The notes beneath the pieces are model-generated. The model saw only the letters and a list, made by a program, of their open reading frames with translations, had not been told where the DNA came from and ran no database searches. The translations under genes were made by a program, and so were the position numbers. A DNA stretch of 62,690 nt, the filler included, from Nitrospinae bacterium RIFCSPLOWO2_12_FULL_45_22 (GTDB lineage Bacteria > 2-12-FULL-45-22), in assembly GCA_001803565.1 (NCBI GenBank). It is 5 parts of 5 records of this genome, joined end to end, with 100 filler letters (N's around TTAATTAATTAA, not from the genome) between each part and the next. Parts side by side here need not be neighbours in the genome. Positions count along the whole stretch, not along the records: positions 12,607 to 31,564 come from MHDQ01000006.1; positions 31,665 to 44,137 come from MHDQ01000007.1; 3 more parts are not named here. One strand, written 5' to 3'. Shown here piece after piece: positions 29,239 through 39,425 of this stretch (the first letter of the stretch is position 1; the number at the start of each line of letters is the position of its first letter).

Positions 29239-31564
29239 TCAGAAAAGTCTGCCTTGATTTGCATTAACTTTTTTATTCTCTCTTTGCTCGGCCTTTTGGT
29301 TTGTGATTTGATAGATATCAACCCTGGTTTTCTCTTTCACATAGGCATTGCGTAATCGGTCAAAGAAGATCAGGCTCCAGTTCCCCTTTTCAAAATGCTC
29401 TTTAAAAAGGGGCGAGGTGAGCTTGTTTTTGAATTGAGCCTCCCTTTCCTCGGGCAAGACCATAAATTTATCTACCTGCTCCGCGACATTTGATCCGCGC
29501 ATCAAGGCACTGGTCATACCGGTTGTTGCTTCTACTTCAAAGCAGGCATTAATCTTATCCTCAGTTACCCAGAGTAGGTCTATATTTTCCACCGCATCAA
29601 GGTTAGTAGCATTGGTAACCTTTAGCTCCTTAAGGGTCATATATTCAGACAAGGTTTTACCCTGGGCAACCAGTCCACCATCTCTTTCGTGCTGCTCTCT
29701 CTTTCCGATCCAGATATCATAGCCTTGCTTCTTTCCTATTAACGCCAGGATAGCAAGGACCTCGTTATGCTGATGGACCCGCCGCTGTATCTCGGGCTTT
29801 AATAGCCAGTATCCACCAGCTACCTGGCGGGCATAGATTTTCAGGGCATCCATGATGCTGGTACTATCAGAGGTAAGAGAATTGGGAAACTCGGTGCTCA
29901 CAGCATCCCATACCTCGGTAAAGGTCACTCTGGCCTGCTGGTGGAGCTTTCGATAGACGGTCTGTTCAACCCTTTCAGTCAGGGGTATCTCGTTTAGATG
30001 GGGGACAATGGAGGTATCCTTGAACCACCACAGCCTACCCTCAGCCCCACCTACCCTTGCCGTAAGGAGGCTAAATTCCTTATTAAGATGCTTCTTCAGC
30101 ACTGTATTTATATCCAGTCCGGTGTGGAGGCTGGAGAAGAAACCGTGTTTGGCCAGGACCGGGTCTATATAGTTGATGATGACAGTATAAGGCGTTGGTT
30201 CGGCCCTTTCAGCCAGGAGGGCAATAGTGGTCTCCACTACTATCTTTTCAAACCTGACTTCATCTATCTCTTCTGGCCGTGTAGCAGTGACCTTCGCCGG
30301 TGGCTTATGAAACCGGAGATAAAAATCTCCCTGGGCAGAGCCAAAGGGCTGTAACATTGCCTTTGCTGAAAATTGCCCAAGCGGTTGATGATGGATTTTT
30401 TGAAGCTCATAACCTGCAAACACACCTGCCCTTATAGTTGCGTTGCGGACCTTGAAGGTAGGGTTATGGAAGGTAACAGTGAGATATTGGTCAGGCTTCA
30501 GGACCTTAAACATCTTCTGAAAGCTTGATGACAGGAGGGAGTAATAGACCTCAAAATCCTTATGCTGTCTCTCGTTCCTTATGATCTCATGGGTTGTTAT
30601 TTTTTTCAGGTATCCTTGATCCAGCTTTAGCCATGCTACCCACATATAAGCAAGCTCGCCATATTGGATAGAGGCATCATAGGGAGGATCAGTAAAGATA
30701 TAGTCAATTTCACCGTCTGGTATTTTATCCATCAACTCTAAGGCATCTCCCTGGTAAATAAAGATATCTGCCTTCCCTGAGAGCAGTTGGTCTATAGATT
30801 TAGCAAACCTTTTATCCTTGAAAAGGGCGTTTGATTCGGTCTTGGCCTTGATAAGCCCCTGATGACCATTTATGGCACTCTCAAACTTGTTCCAGACATT
30901 TTGCTCCATAAAATTTGATGCATACCAATAACTATGCTGCGTCCATCCTGTTGATGAAAATGCAGTGTGATGACTTGTTAATGACCGGTTGCTAATTGCT
31001 ATCATACGGCTACATAGATGCACCATGGAAGAAAACCCAATCTTCAAAAAATCCCTGAGATCCTTTTTGGGCTCTTTTTCTATAGCGGCCATTAGCCAGG
31101 CCAGGGCCTGAAGATTTCTCCTGGTGAAAAGCTGGTTGATGGACTCATATTGCTGCTTTTCCTTAAAGGGCATGCCATCGGGATAGTAGAGGCGATTAGT
31201 GGGGTACCACTCCCTTATCTTTTTGGATTCAATACTCTTGAGGAGGTCTCGGTCATATTTGGTGAGCTTACAGTTAGCTTCTCGCCGATCACCGCAGTAC
31301 GGGCAGGATTGGTAGCGGACCTCCTGGCAGTCCCCCTCCTGCCAAACCGCACAATCAAAGACAATATCTTTTTTGCAGTTGCGGCAATGGGTAGTATACA
31401 GCCCTTCGCTCTTTTTCCTCACCCTTTTCTCTACCCGCTTAAAGGCATCATATAACTCTATTTCATTAATTGGCTGGATGGTAAGCCGGATGATCTCGGT
31501 AGCGATAGGGTTTAAGTCACAGGCGATGACCCGCCGATTATTTTTTAGGGCCTCCATAGCGGTT
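29239..31564 (-). CDS. Amino-DNA methyltransferase with C-terminal PD-(D/E)XK-like domain (5' truncated)
   Basis: EAL...RR.IACDLNP (end of motif I), CxxC pairs, FTDPPY motif IV, C-terminal IDLLW...FEVE; frame open to the spacer. Confidence 0.82.
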
Positions 31565-31664
31565 NNNNNNNNNNNNNNNNNNNNNNNNNNNNNNNNNNNN
31601 NNNNNNNNTTAATTAATTAANNNNNNNNNNNNNNNNNNNNNNNNNNNNNNNNNNNNNNNNNNNN
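31565..31664. other. Artificial contig-joining spacer
   Basis: N44-TTAATTAATTAA-N44. Confidence 0.97.
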
Positions 31665-31826
31665 ATGATGCTTTTGCAAAACATCCGGAGCGGTTCAAGG
31701 GGAAGATGCCAAAACCGGTGGCCTTGCCCGAGGCGGCCTGGATCAATAAACCGGCGCCAGAAAATAGTGATCAATTGTGACACTAAATTCTTAATGGAGG
31801 TGTCTCATTTCCATTGACAAGTTCCG
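31665..31826 (+). mobile_element. Right end of an IS3-like element
   Basis: Transposase C-terminus ..AFAKHPERFKGKMPKPVALPEAAWINKP..* (stop 31780), then TGTCTCA..TTGACAAGTTCCG terminus. Confidence 0.75.
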
Positions 31827-31830
31827 CCAA

Positions 31831-32022
31831 ATGAGAATATCGTCGTTCCCAAAACGGATTATTATTGATATTCGTACTTGTGAGATATCAGAAGGCAAGT
31901 TGCCTTCGAAGCAAACCAAGCTCGTTTTGGCCTGGGCTGAAATTCACAAAGAAGAGCTGTTGGCAGATTGGGAATTAGCCTCAAACGGTGAACTTCCTTT
32001 TCCAATCGAACCTTTAAAATAA
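31831..32022 (+). pseudogene. 5'-truncated DUF4160-type toxin
   Basis: Only the C-terminal half remains (EGKLPSKQTKLVLAWAEIHKEELLADW...IEPLK); the N-terminal H.P.H segment seen in the 59574 homolog is missing. Confidence 0.75.
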
Positions 32023-32040
32023 AGAAGTAGGAGGAAAACC

Positions 32041-32319
32041 ATGTATTTATCAGTAAAGAGTGTAAAACCATTAGATGGATATAAGCTGCTAATTAGATTT
32101 GAAAATGGTGAGGAAAAAATTTTTGCTGTTTCTCCATATCTAAGTATTGGTAAGTTTGCGGAATTAAAAAATTTGTCTTTGTTTAACTCTATAGTAGTCA
32201 GGTTTGATACCATAGAATGGGCAAATCACTTAGACATAGATCCAGAGTTTTTATATGAAAAAAGCGTAAAGATAGAAGATGAACACCTAACGTATAAAGC
32301 GTTAAATTCGAGTGAGTGA
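32041..32319 (+). CDS. DUF2442-family antitoxin-like protein
   Basis: VKPLDGYKLLIRFENGE...TIEWANHLDIDPEFLY. Confidence 0.85.
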   Translation: MYLSVKSVKPLDGYKLLIRFENGEEKIFAVSPYLSIGKFAELKNLSLFNSIVVRFDTIEWANHLDIDPEFLYEKSVKIEDEHLTYKALNSSE

Positions 32320-32357
32320 GCGAAGCTTACGAACCTCGATTTCAACGGGGGTTGAAC
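32285..32357 (+). mobile_element. attC-like site
   Basis: R'' ACCTAAC; inner arms CGTTAAATTCGAG/CTCGATTTCAACG; R' GTTGAAC. Confidence 0.55.
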
Positions 32358-32406
32358 TAAGCCGTGCAACAACACAGGGGCGAGGGAATTAAAATCTATT
32401 TGCGCA

Positions 32407-32718
32407 TTGAATCAAGAAAAAAATAATCACGAGGCACCGGTACAATTAAATTACATCCATAAGCCTCTGGATACAACTGCTTTCTATCCTAACCAGCTCG
32501 TCCCGGTAGAGATTAAGCTCAAGGGCCTCGGAGGTGTCTTTGATTTAAATGTCCAGAGTAGGGCAATAACCTCAGAGCAAGACATAGAAAAGGACATTCA
32601 CGATATACTAAAAGCCATAGAGTCGTTGCCTTTTATAACAAGGGCTGATATGTCAGATATCAGGTTGATGATGGATAAACTCCTCGAATTCTGGGAAGGA
32701 AGGTGGTATTATGATTAA
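32407..32718 (+). CDS. Hypothetical protein
   Basis: 103-aa ORF with no recognised motif; TTG start uncertain. Confidence 0.45.
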   Translation: MNQEKNNHEAPVQLNYIHKPLDTTAFYPNQLVPVEIKLKGLGGVFDLNVQSRAITSEQDIEKDIHDILKAIESLPFITRADMSDIRLMMDKLLEFWEGRWYYD

Positions 32719-32908
32719 CCTGAAGTTACACGGAAGGTAAAGTAAGGTAACTGAGCAAGTTGTATCCCTGTCTGTGGCAACACGGCAGACAGGTATTATC
32801 GGATCTATGTATGGAGCCGGGAATAGGTTGACCTTAGGAGAAGGGAGACTGTTTTCTAGAGATACCGACTAAAAAGGAGATGGGTTTGATTCGCTCTGGA
32901 GGGAGAGT

Positions 32909-35224
32909 ATGGTAATAAAAAAATTGGCTCGAGGTATCCTGACTTTAATGCTTATGTTTCAGGCCAGCGATGGCTTCTCTGGGACTAGAGCCCCGGCTTC
33001 GCCCACTGATCCCGTTATCGAAAGTTATCAACCCTTTGCTGGTGAGCAGCCCGGGGTTAAATATTTCCCTGACGAAGTAGAAAGGCGGATAGGGGAGGCC
33101 TTGATAGAAGGTTATTTGGGCAACGGAGACGCTATCCTGAGCCACTATAGTTTTCTTTTGGATAAAGACAAGACTTTAAAAAAGGCTAAGCAGCCCATTA
33201 CTGGTTTGGCCGATAATGTGTTGGATTTAGCCAATAGCCAGATCAGGCCGCGGGATCAGTATCTGAAAGCCCAGGAAGAGGCCTTAGGAGCCTCACCGGA
33301 GCCTGAACTGGAAAAGTTGATAAGATATCGGATTAAAGATGATGAGTTTAATAAGGCCCAGTCTATTGGGAAAGGGGATAAGATTGATAAGAGCGCAAAG
33401 GTAATAAACAATTTTCTACGGCCCATGAACCTGGCTAGTTGGGGGATGGGCTTTTTTGTACCCGCTGCTATTGATACGGCTGTTAACACCGCCTTTTATC
33501 TTAACGATCTCAGTGAGATCAGTTTACGGGAAAAGATGGCCCTGGCCGAGTACCGGATATTTTTGGAAAAATACCCGGATAGCAAACTACGGGCTGAGGC
33601 AAGAAACAAGCTGGTGGAATTGAGCGAGAAGAGTAAGGATTATCAATACAAACGAGCCATAGCTCTTGGTGAGAAGGAGTTGAAAGATGGCTCTTATAAT
33701 AGGGCCCTTTTTTATTTTACCCAGGCTATAAATATTAAGCCAGACTCAAAAGAGGCAGCCGCAAAACTGGCAGATGTTAACCAGCAAACAAAAGAAAACC
33801 AGGAAGAGTTAGCCCTCTCGCTAGAAGTCAAACCGGGCTCTATCCCTAAAGATGGCGCTTACCAGGAGTTATTGGAGGCCCTCTTCCTGGAACAGCCTCA
33901 GGCCTTACTGGCCCGGACCAATAGCATCTTGCGCCAAAATCCCTCTATGCCTTCAAAAGATCAGATTAAGTATCTCCAGGCTAAGCTCCAGGAAGGTTTA
34001 GGAGAATATGGTGGAGCCAGAAAGACCCTGGAAGAAGTAGAAGATAGATACCCGAATCGGGTTTCGGGCGAGCGGGCCCGGCTGGCCCTGTCCTCCCCCC
34101 CCTATAATCTTAAAAAAGAGATAAATAAGGCCCAGAGAAAGCATAGACAAAAGTCCTTAAAATATGCCCTTTTTGGTGAGCGCTTTGCCGAGGATAACCT
34201 CACACTAGGGGCCTCAGACCTGGTCTTAGAAGGGACAGAGGCATTAACCACCTTAGGTATATTTAACCTGGCTGCGGTGGGCTTTCGTATGGGTAATCTC
34301 GCCTTCTCTAATCCTATCTCTAACCAGGATATTATTGAGAGAGGAGAGGCCCTATTGGCTCAATACCCTTCTAATGCTTCCCCACCTAAACAGGTACATA
34401 AAATATTGGCAGAGGCTTATGAAGAAGAAGGTAATTTTACTAAGGCACTGGAGCATTATGCCCTGGCGGGTGAGATGACAAAGAAAGAAAGAGCCGAATA
34501 CCGAGAGAAGATTGCAAAAAGGGTTTTTGCGCGGGCCCAGGAAGAAAAAGACCCTGCCAGCAAACGGTCTTATCTAATTTCGTTGATGCGGGATTATCCA
34601 GAGACAAAAATAGCCTCCAATGCCTCCCAGGATCTGGCTAAACTCATCAAAGAAGAAGGGATACTGAATATCCCTAAGGCCCAGTTAAAAGATAACCCCA
34701 CCTTTTTTGGTGCTAATGGGATAAGTATTAAAACAGAATTGTTGGATGGTAATATAGCCAATAAGGAGTTAGGGGATAAGGGTATAACCTTTTTAGCTGA
34801 GGATAGAATAAGGCTGTCTTTTATCAGCCCCGATGGTGAAGAGGAAAAGGCTTATACGGTGGATAAGAAGGTTTATCAGCGGCTAGAGATGCTGCTACAA
34901 CAGGCCCAATACCAGGAGGCATTAACCAAAGAAGGTGATCGCAAGAAAGAAAAAGGTAAACAATGGGCATATGGTGTTGGTGGTGATCTGTCGGTAAAAG
35001 CCTTGAATCTAGAGGGGAGGCTGGATATGCCCCAAAATACCGCGCTATTTTTGGGCGGCACCTCCCGTAACCCCTATGCTGGCTTGCAGTTCCCTTTACC
35101 TTTAGTGGACCACCTCCTCCCCCTGGATTTTGCTATCAATATCAAACCGAGTGGTGTAACATTAGACCCGGCTATAAGGGCTCCTGGCCTGGATAAAGAA
35201 GATCGTTACCTTTATCAGGAATAG
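32909..35224 (+). CDS. Large exported TPR-containing protein
   Basis: GGAG RBS; signal peptide; several TPR-like helical pairs. Confidence 0.75.
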   Translation: MVIKKLARGILTLMLMFQASDGFSGTRAPASPTDPVIESYQPFAGEQPGVKYFPDEVERRIGEALIEGYLGNGDAILSHYSFLLDKDKTLKKAKQPITGLADNVLDLANSQIRPRDQYLKAQEEALGASPEPELEKLIRYRIKDDEFNKAQSIGKGDKIDKSAKVINNFLRPMNLASWGMGFFVPAAIDTAVNTAFYLNDLSEISLREKMALAEYRIFLEKYPDSKLRAEARNKLVELSEKSKDYQYKRAIALGEKELKDGSYNRALFYFTQAINIKPDSKEAAAKLADVNQQTKENQEELALSLEVKPGSIPKDGAYQELLEALFLEQPQALLARTNSILRQNPSMPSKDQIKYLQAKLQEGLGEYGGARKTLEEVEDRYPNRVSGERARLALSSPPYNLKKEINKAQRKHRQKSLKYALFGERFAEDNLTLGASDLVLEGTEALTTLGIFNLAAVGFRMGNLAFSNPISNQDIIERGEALLAQYPSNASPPKQVHKILAEAYEEEGNFTKALEHYALAGEMTKKERAEYREKIAKRVFARAQEEKDPASKRSYLISLMRDYPETKIASNASQDLAKLIKEEGILNIPKAQLKDNPTFFGANGISIKTELLDGNIANKELGDKGITFLAEDRIRLSFISPDGEEEKAYTVDKKVYQRLEMLLQQAQYQEALTKEGDRKKEKGKQWAYGVGGDLSVKALNLEGRLDMPQNTALFLGGTSRNPYAGLQFPLPLVDHLLPLDFAINIKPSGVTLDPAIRAPGLDKEDRYLYQE

Positions 35225-35407
35225 AGGGGAATGAGAGAGTTTTGACTTTTCGTTAGAAAGTCTGTATCTCTTTCTTGGAGCTAAAGGAGAAAGAGGTAGA
35301 TAGAAATGGCGGTTATAGAGAAACTTATTGCTTTAATTGTGGGTGCACCCCATATAAAAGGCATCTACCCCTTTATCATATTCCATTTTCATTTTAACCG
35401 CTTTAAA

Positions 35408-36622
35408 TCAGGAGCCGGGTTTGAGCTTAGCTAGAGCGGATTCCATCCTATCCATAGCTGCCGTAATATTTTCTAGGGAGGTAGCAAAAGATAACCGGAC
35501 AAACTCATCAGCGCCAAAGGCTATCCCTGGTACTACCGCAACCTTGGCCTCTTCTAATAGATACCCTGTCATAGTGGTAGAGTTGTTGATCAACTGGGGT
35601 GTTGTCCCCGGGGTATAATATCCATAATAGCGGGAGAGATTAGGGAAGACATAGAAGGCCCCTTGGGGATTGTAACAGGATATCCCTTCCATAGCATTGA
35701 GCCGTTTCACAACATAATCCCGTCTCTTCTGGAACTCGACTACCATCCTGGCTAGTTCGCTCTGCGGGCCATTAAGGGCTTCTATGGTGGCTTTTTGGGC
35801 AATAGAAGTGGGGTTAGAAGTAGCCTGTCCCTGAATAGTTGACATAGCGCTGATGATATCGGCTGGGCCGGCAGCATAGCCTATACGCCAGCCGGTCATA
35901 GAATAGGCCTTAGAGACACCATTCACCACAATGGTTTGCTTCTTGATCTCATTACCTAGCGCGGCAATACTGGTGTGGCAGAAACCATCATAAGCTATCT
36001 TTTCATATATTTCATCAGAGACTATATAGATCCCTTTTTCTAGGGCAATATCTGCCAGGGCCGCCAGCTCTTCCTTGCTATAAGCCGATCCCGTGGGGTT
36101 AGAAGGGCTATTGAGGATAAGGGCTTTAGTTTTAAGCGTGATACTCTTTTTAAAAAGTTCTGGGGTTAACTTGAAGCCATCTTCTTCCCTGGTCATAACC
36201 GTCACCGGGGTAGCATCTGCCAACTCTACCTGTTCGGGATAAGATACCCAGTAGGGGGCCGGGATGATGACCTCGTCGCCCCGATCAAAGAGTACCTGGG
36301 AGAGGTTATATAAAGAATGCTTGGCCCCGCAAGAGACCAATATTTCCTTCTTTTCGTAGGAGAGGTTATTATCCCCTTTCAATTTGCCAATAATAGCCTC
36401 TTTTAGCTCATCTATACCACCTACTGGTGTATATTTGGTAAACCCGGCTTTTAGGGCCTCTATAGCAGCCAGTTTAATATTTTCCGGGGTATCAAAATCG
36501 GGCTCACCGGCGCTCAAGCTAATAACATTTATCCCGCTGGCCTTCAAGGCAGCCGCCTTGGCTGTAATCTCTAAGGTGGCCGATGGTTTAATCCTCGCTA
36601 TCCTTTGCGCTAGTCGTGTCAA
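35408..36622 (-). CDS. aspC: Class I PLP aminotransferase (aspartate aminotransferase)
   Basis: GEPDFDTP, NSPSNPTG, SDEIYE, SKAYSMTGWRIGY. Confidence 0.92.
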   Translation of the reverse strand: MTRLAQRIARIKPSATLEITAKAAALKASGINVISLSAGEPDFDTPENIKLAAIEALKAGFTKYTPVGGIDELKEAIIGKLKGDNNLSYEKKEILVSCGAKHSLYNLSQVLFDRGDEVIIPAPYWVSYPEQVELADATPVTVMTREEDGFKLTPELFKKSITLKTKALILNSPSNPTGSAYSKEELAALADIALEKGIYIVSDEIYEKIAYDGFCHTSIAALGNEIKKQTIVVNGVSKAYSMTGWRIGYAAGPADIISAMSTIQGQATSNPTSIAQKATIEALNGPQSELARMVVEFQKRRDYVVKRLNAMEGISCYNPQGAFYVFPNLSRYYGYYTPGTTPQLINNSTTMTGYLLEEAKVAVVPGIAFGADEFVRLSFATSLENITAAMDRMESALAKLKPGS

Positions 36623-36681
36623 GTACTACCCCTCCCTTCTTATCTTTGGCTAAAATTATTCTTCAATGTTTATTCCACACC

Positions 36682-37200
36682 CTATCGAATTACCTTAACT
36701 CCTACCTGCTGCGGTTTAGGTTTGCTAAATTTATTCTTTAATGCCTCTTCTACGACCGGTGGAACCAAACCTTTCACTCTCCCGCCAAAAGATGCAACCT
36801 CTTTTATCAGGCGGGAGCTAATAAAGGAATACTGTTCGCTAGGCATCATAAATACTGTCTCAATAGAATTATCCATATTGCGGTTCATTAAGGCCATCTG
36901 GTATTCATATTCAAAATCAGATACTGCCCTGAGACCCCTGATTATGACCTTTACCTTGTTTTCCCGGGCATATTGGATTAATAAATTATCAAAGAAATCA
37001 ATTTTTATATTCCCCAAATCCTTGGTTACTTCGTAGATCAAGCTCTTCCTTTCTTCTAAAGAAAAAAGGGGCTGTTTCTCCGGATTATTGGATACTGCCA
37101 CAATAAGATTATCAAAGATTTCCAGCCCGCGTTTGATAAGGTCAATATGGCCATTGGTTATAGGATCAAACGTACCTGGATAAAGCGCTGTATGTGCCAT
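36682..37200 (-). CDS. coaD: Pantetheine-phosphate adenylyltransferase
   Basis: YPGTFDPITNGH, RGLRAVSDFEYE, ISS. Confidence 0.97.
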   Translation of the reverse strand: MAHTALYPGTFDPITNGHIDLIKRGLEIFDNLIVAVSNNPEKQPLFSLEERKSLIYEVTKDLGNIKIDFFDNLLIQYARENKVKVIIRGLRAVSDFEYEYQMALMNRNMDNSIETVFMMPSEQYSFISSRLIKEVASFGGRVKGLVPPVVEEALKNKFSKPKPQQVGVKVIR

Positions 37201-37325
37201 TCCCTCTCCCCCTTATCTGAAAATATCCCCACAACTATCACCGCCTGATCTATACTATTGAATGTTTCTTTTTAAAAACAGCTTTTAGATAGCATAAAAA
37301 CATAATAAAATCAACACAAAAACTT

Positions 37326-37551
37326 GTAACCCTTCACCCCTCTAATCTTTATCCGCCACAAAGACACAAGGGCGCCAAGGAAACGTAAAACGCAAAGCTA
37401 AAAGTGCAAAGCTGGCGAAAAGAATACGGGATACAGGATACCAGGAAGAGAGAGTAACTCCAACCCCGGTATTCTAAATTCTGTATCCTTGATTTTAGAC
37501 TTTGCCTTTTAAGCTTTGAGCTTCTTAGCGCCTTGGTGGCTGAACGGTTAC
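37326..37551. mobile_element. MITE-like nested palindromic element with 7-bp target duplication
   Basis: Ends GTAACCCTTCA / TGAACGGTTAC, flanked by AAAACTT on both sides; three inner hairpin layers. Confidence 0.75.
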
Positions 37552-37638
37552 AAAACTTTTTCTTGCTGAAGAGAGTAAGATATGGTATATAATCACCACT
37601 TTGTTGCTCAGGATGACAAAATTTCTCCAGAGGTGGCG

Positions 37639-38019
37639 ATGAAAAAGATTCGAATACTCCTAACCAAGATCGGTTTGGATGGCCATGATAGAGGGGTAAA
37701 GGTAGTGGCGGCCGCCTTGCGCGAGGCGGGGATGGAAGTAATTTATACCGGGCCCTGGCAAACCATAGATAATGTGGTAGAGACGGCCTTGCAAGAGGAT
37801 GTGGATGTTATTGGTATAAGCAGTTTGGCTTATGACCATCTATTGGTGCCTAAATTAATGGAATGCCTCAAACAGAAAAGGTCAGACGGCCCTAAAGTAA
37901 TAGTTGGTGGTGTCATTCCCGATCAGGATATGTCTCTCTTAAAAAACAGTGGGGTGGCGGCTGTATTCCCGGCTGGTACAGCCCTGGAGCAAATCGTTCA
38001 CTTCGTAAAATCTCAGTAA
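37639..38019 (+). CDS. Stand-alone B12-binding domain (acyl-CoA mutase small subunit type)
   Basis: GLDGHDRG..., GISSL, VGGVIP; start ATG 37639 with GAGG RBS. Confidence 0.9.
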   Translation: MKKIRILLTKIGLDGHDRGVKVVAAALREAGMEVIYTGPWQTIDNVVETALQEDVDVIGISSLAYDHLLVPKLMECLKQKRSDGPKVIVGGVIPDQDMSLLKNSGVAAVFPAGTALEQIVHFVKSQ

Positions 38020-38114
38020 TCCTTCCCCAATCAGCATGACAGTTCAGGCAACTAGGGCCTTCCAAAGATTTGCCACGAATGCCTACCGGAAGTGTAAAGC
38101 GTAGGATGTAACGC

Positions 38115-39224
38115 TTAAAGCTTGAAGCTTTCTAAGAAGGCCTGAACCCGCGTCTTCATCTGCCCCAGGCTGGCCATGCTATATTCTCGCTCTAGCTTCA
38201 ATATAGGTAGGCCCAGTGGCTCCAGCCCTTTCTTGATCACCGGGTAGGCGCTGCCATGTAAATCACAAAACTTAATGGTCTCATATATTACTCCCTCTAC
38301 CTTAAAAAGCTCAATTAATTGGGTCAGGTGTTCTATCCGGTATTGGGCAGGGTGCATACGGGGGCAAGGGGTGCGAGTCAAGTAGCGCTTAGCTAACCCT
38401 TCTATAGGTTCGAGGCTCGTATCTACCAGGTCCCAAAAATAGCGGCTCCCGTTACACAAGTCATCAGTGACTACTACTGCGCCTAACTCTTCAATGAGGT
38501 GTAAGTACTCAGGATCATCCAGCTCACTACCCAGCACTAAGAGCCGCACGCTATCTTGCGTCAGGCGAGGAGGATTAGCCTCTAGCTCATCCAGGTATTC
38601 CTGTAATATCAGGTTAAATTCATCCTTGGGCATAACCATCCCGGCTAGTACAATCTCCAGGGTTTCTGCACCAGTTATTAGGGGTGGATGAGAACGTCTC
38701 AACTGGTAGAGCCGCCTCAGAAGCTGTCGGCTCTGATTATATACATTAATAGCCTCCCTTATAGCCTCGGGAGGTATCTCCTGACCCAAGTATTCCTCCA
38801 GCCTCTCCTTGAGCCGCTTTATCTCCATCTGGAAAAATGCCAGGGTAGATGGTGTGGCTTTGCATGGGAGGCTGAGGATATGGGTAAAGGGAGTGGCCAT
38901 ATAATTTTCCCAGACATCATATAAGCGGCGGATATGGTCGCAACTATTACAGGCTAACAAGCCATCAAGCTGGCTATATCCATCTCGGAAGCCTTGCTCG
39001 AAGCAACTACGTACAAATGAGCAGATATTGCTATATAGGTGAGCATCGGCTGCCGGGGTCTCGCCCGGTTTCCCGAAGACCTTTACCGGTAATATCCCTG
39101 CGGCATAGACCAATTCCTCTGGAGCATAGGTGCAGATGTAACCAAAGGTCTTTAGCCCTTTGCTACGTCGCTCCTGGATTGACTCCATTCGTCTCTCAAA
39201 TATTTGGTTAAAATTCTCCCTCAT
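38115..39224 (-). CDS. 2-hydroxyacyl-CoA dehydratase / benzoyl-CoA reductase family subunit (HgdB/BcrC-like)
   Basis: CTYAPEEL, NICSF, NSCD, DDLCNGSRYF, KFCD, TRVQAFLE. Confidence 0.88.
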   Translation of the reverse strand: MRENFNQIFERRMESIQERRSKGLKTFGYICTYAPEELVYAAGILPVKVFGKPGETPAADAHLYSNICSFVRSCFEQGFRDGYSQLDGLLACNSCDHIRRLYDVWENYMATPFTHILSLPCKATPSTLAFFQMEIKRLKERLEEYLGQEIPPEAIREAINVYNQSRQLLRRLYQLRRSHPPLITGAETLEIVLAGMVMPKDEFNLILQEYLDELEANPPRLTQDSVRLLVLGSELDDPEYLHLIEELGAVVVTDDLCNGSRYFWDLVDTSLEPIEGLAKRYLTRTPCPRMHPAQYRIEHLTQLIELFKVEGVIYETIKFCDLHGSAYPVIKKGLEPLGLPILKLEREYSMASLGQMKTRVQAFLESFKL

Positions 39225-39249
39225 AATTTATTCTCCTACTGTCTTGATC

Positions 39250-39422
39250 CTGAATTATACACCGCAAAAACGCAAAGAGGATAATGGGTTATTGGGTCAT
39301 TAGGTGACTCTGTTATTGCGCCATTATTTAATAACCTAATAACCTATTGAGGTTCTTTGCGTCCTTTGTGTTTCTGCAGTTATGAATAACGATTGACAAA
39401 ACTTAAGCCGGCATAATTCGGT
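39250..39422. repeat. Three-layer nested palindrome between the dehydratase genes
   Basis: GAATTAT/ATAATTC outer, ACGCAAAGA/TCTTTGCGT middle, ATGGGTTATTGGGTCATTA/TAATAACCTAATAACCTAT inner. Confidence 0.7.
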
Positions 39423-39425
39423 TCA

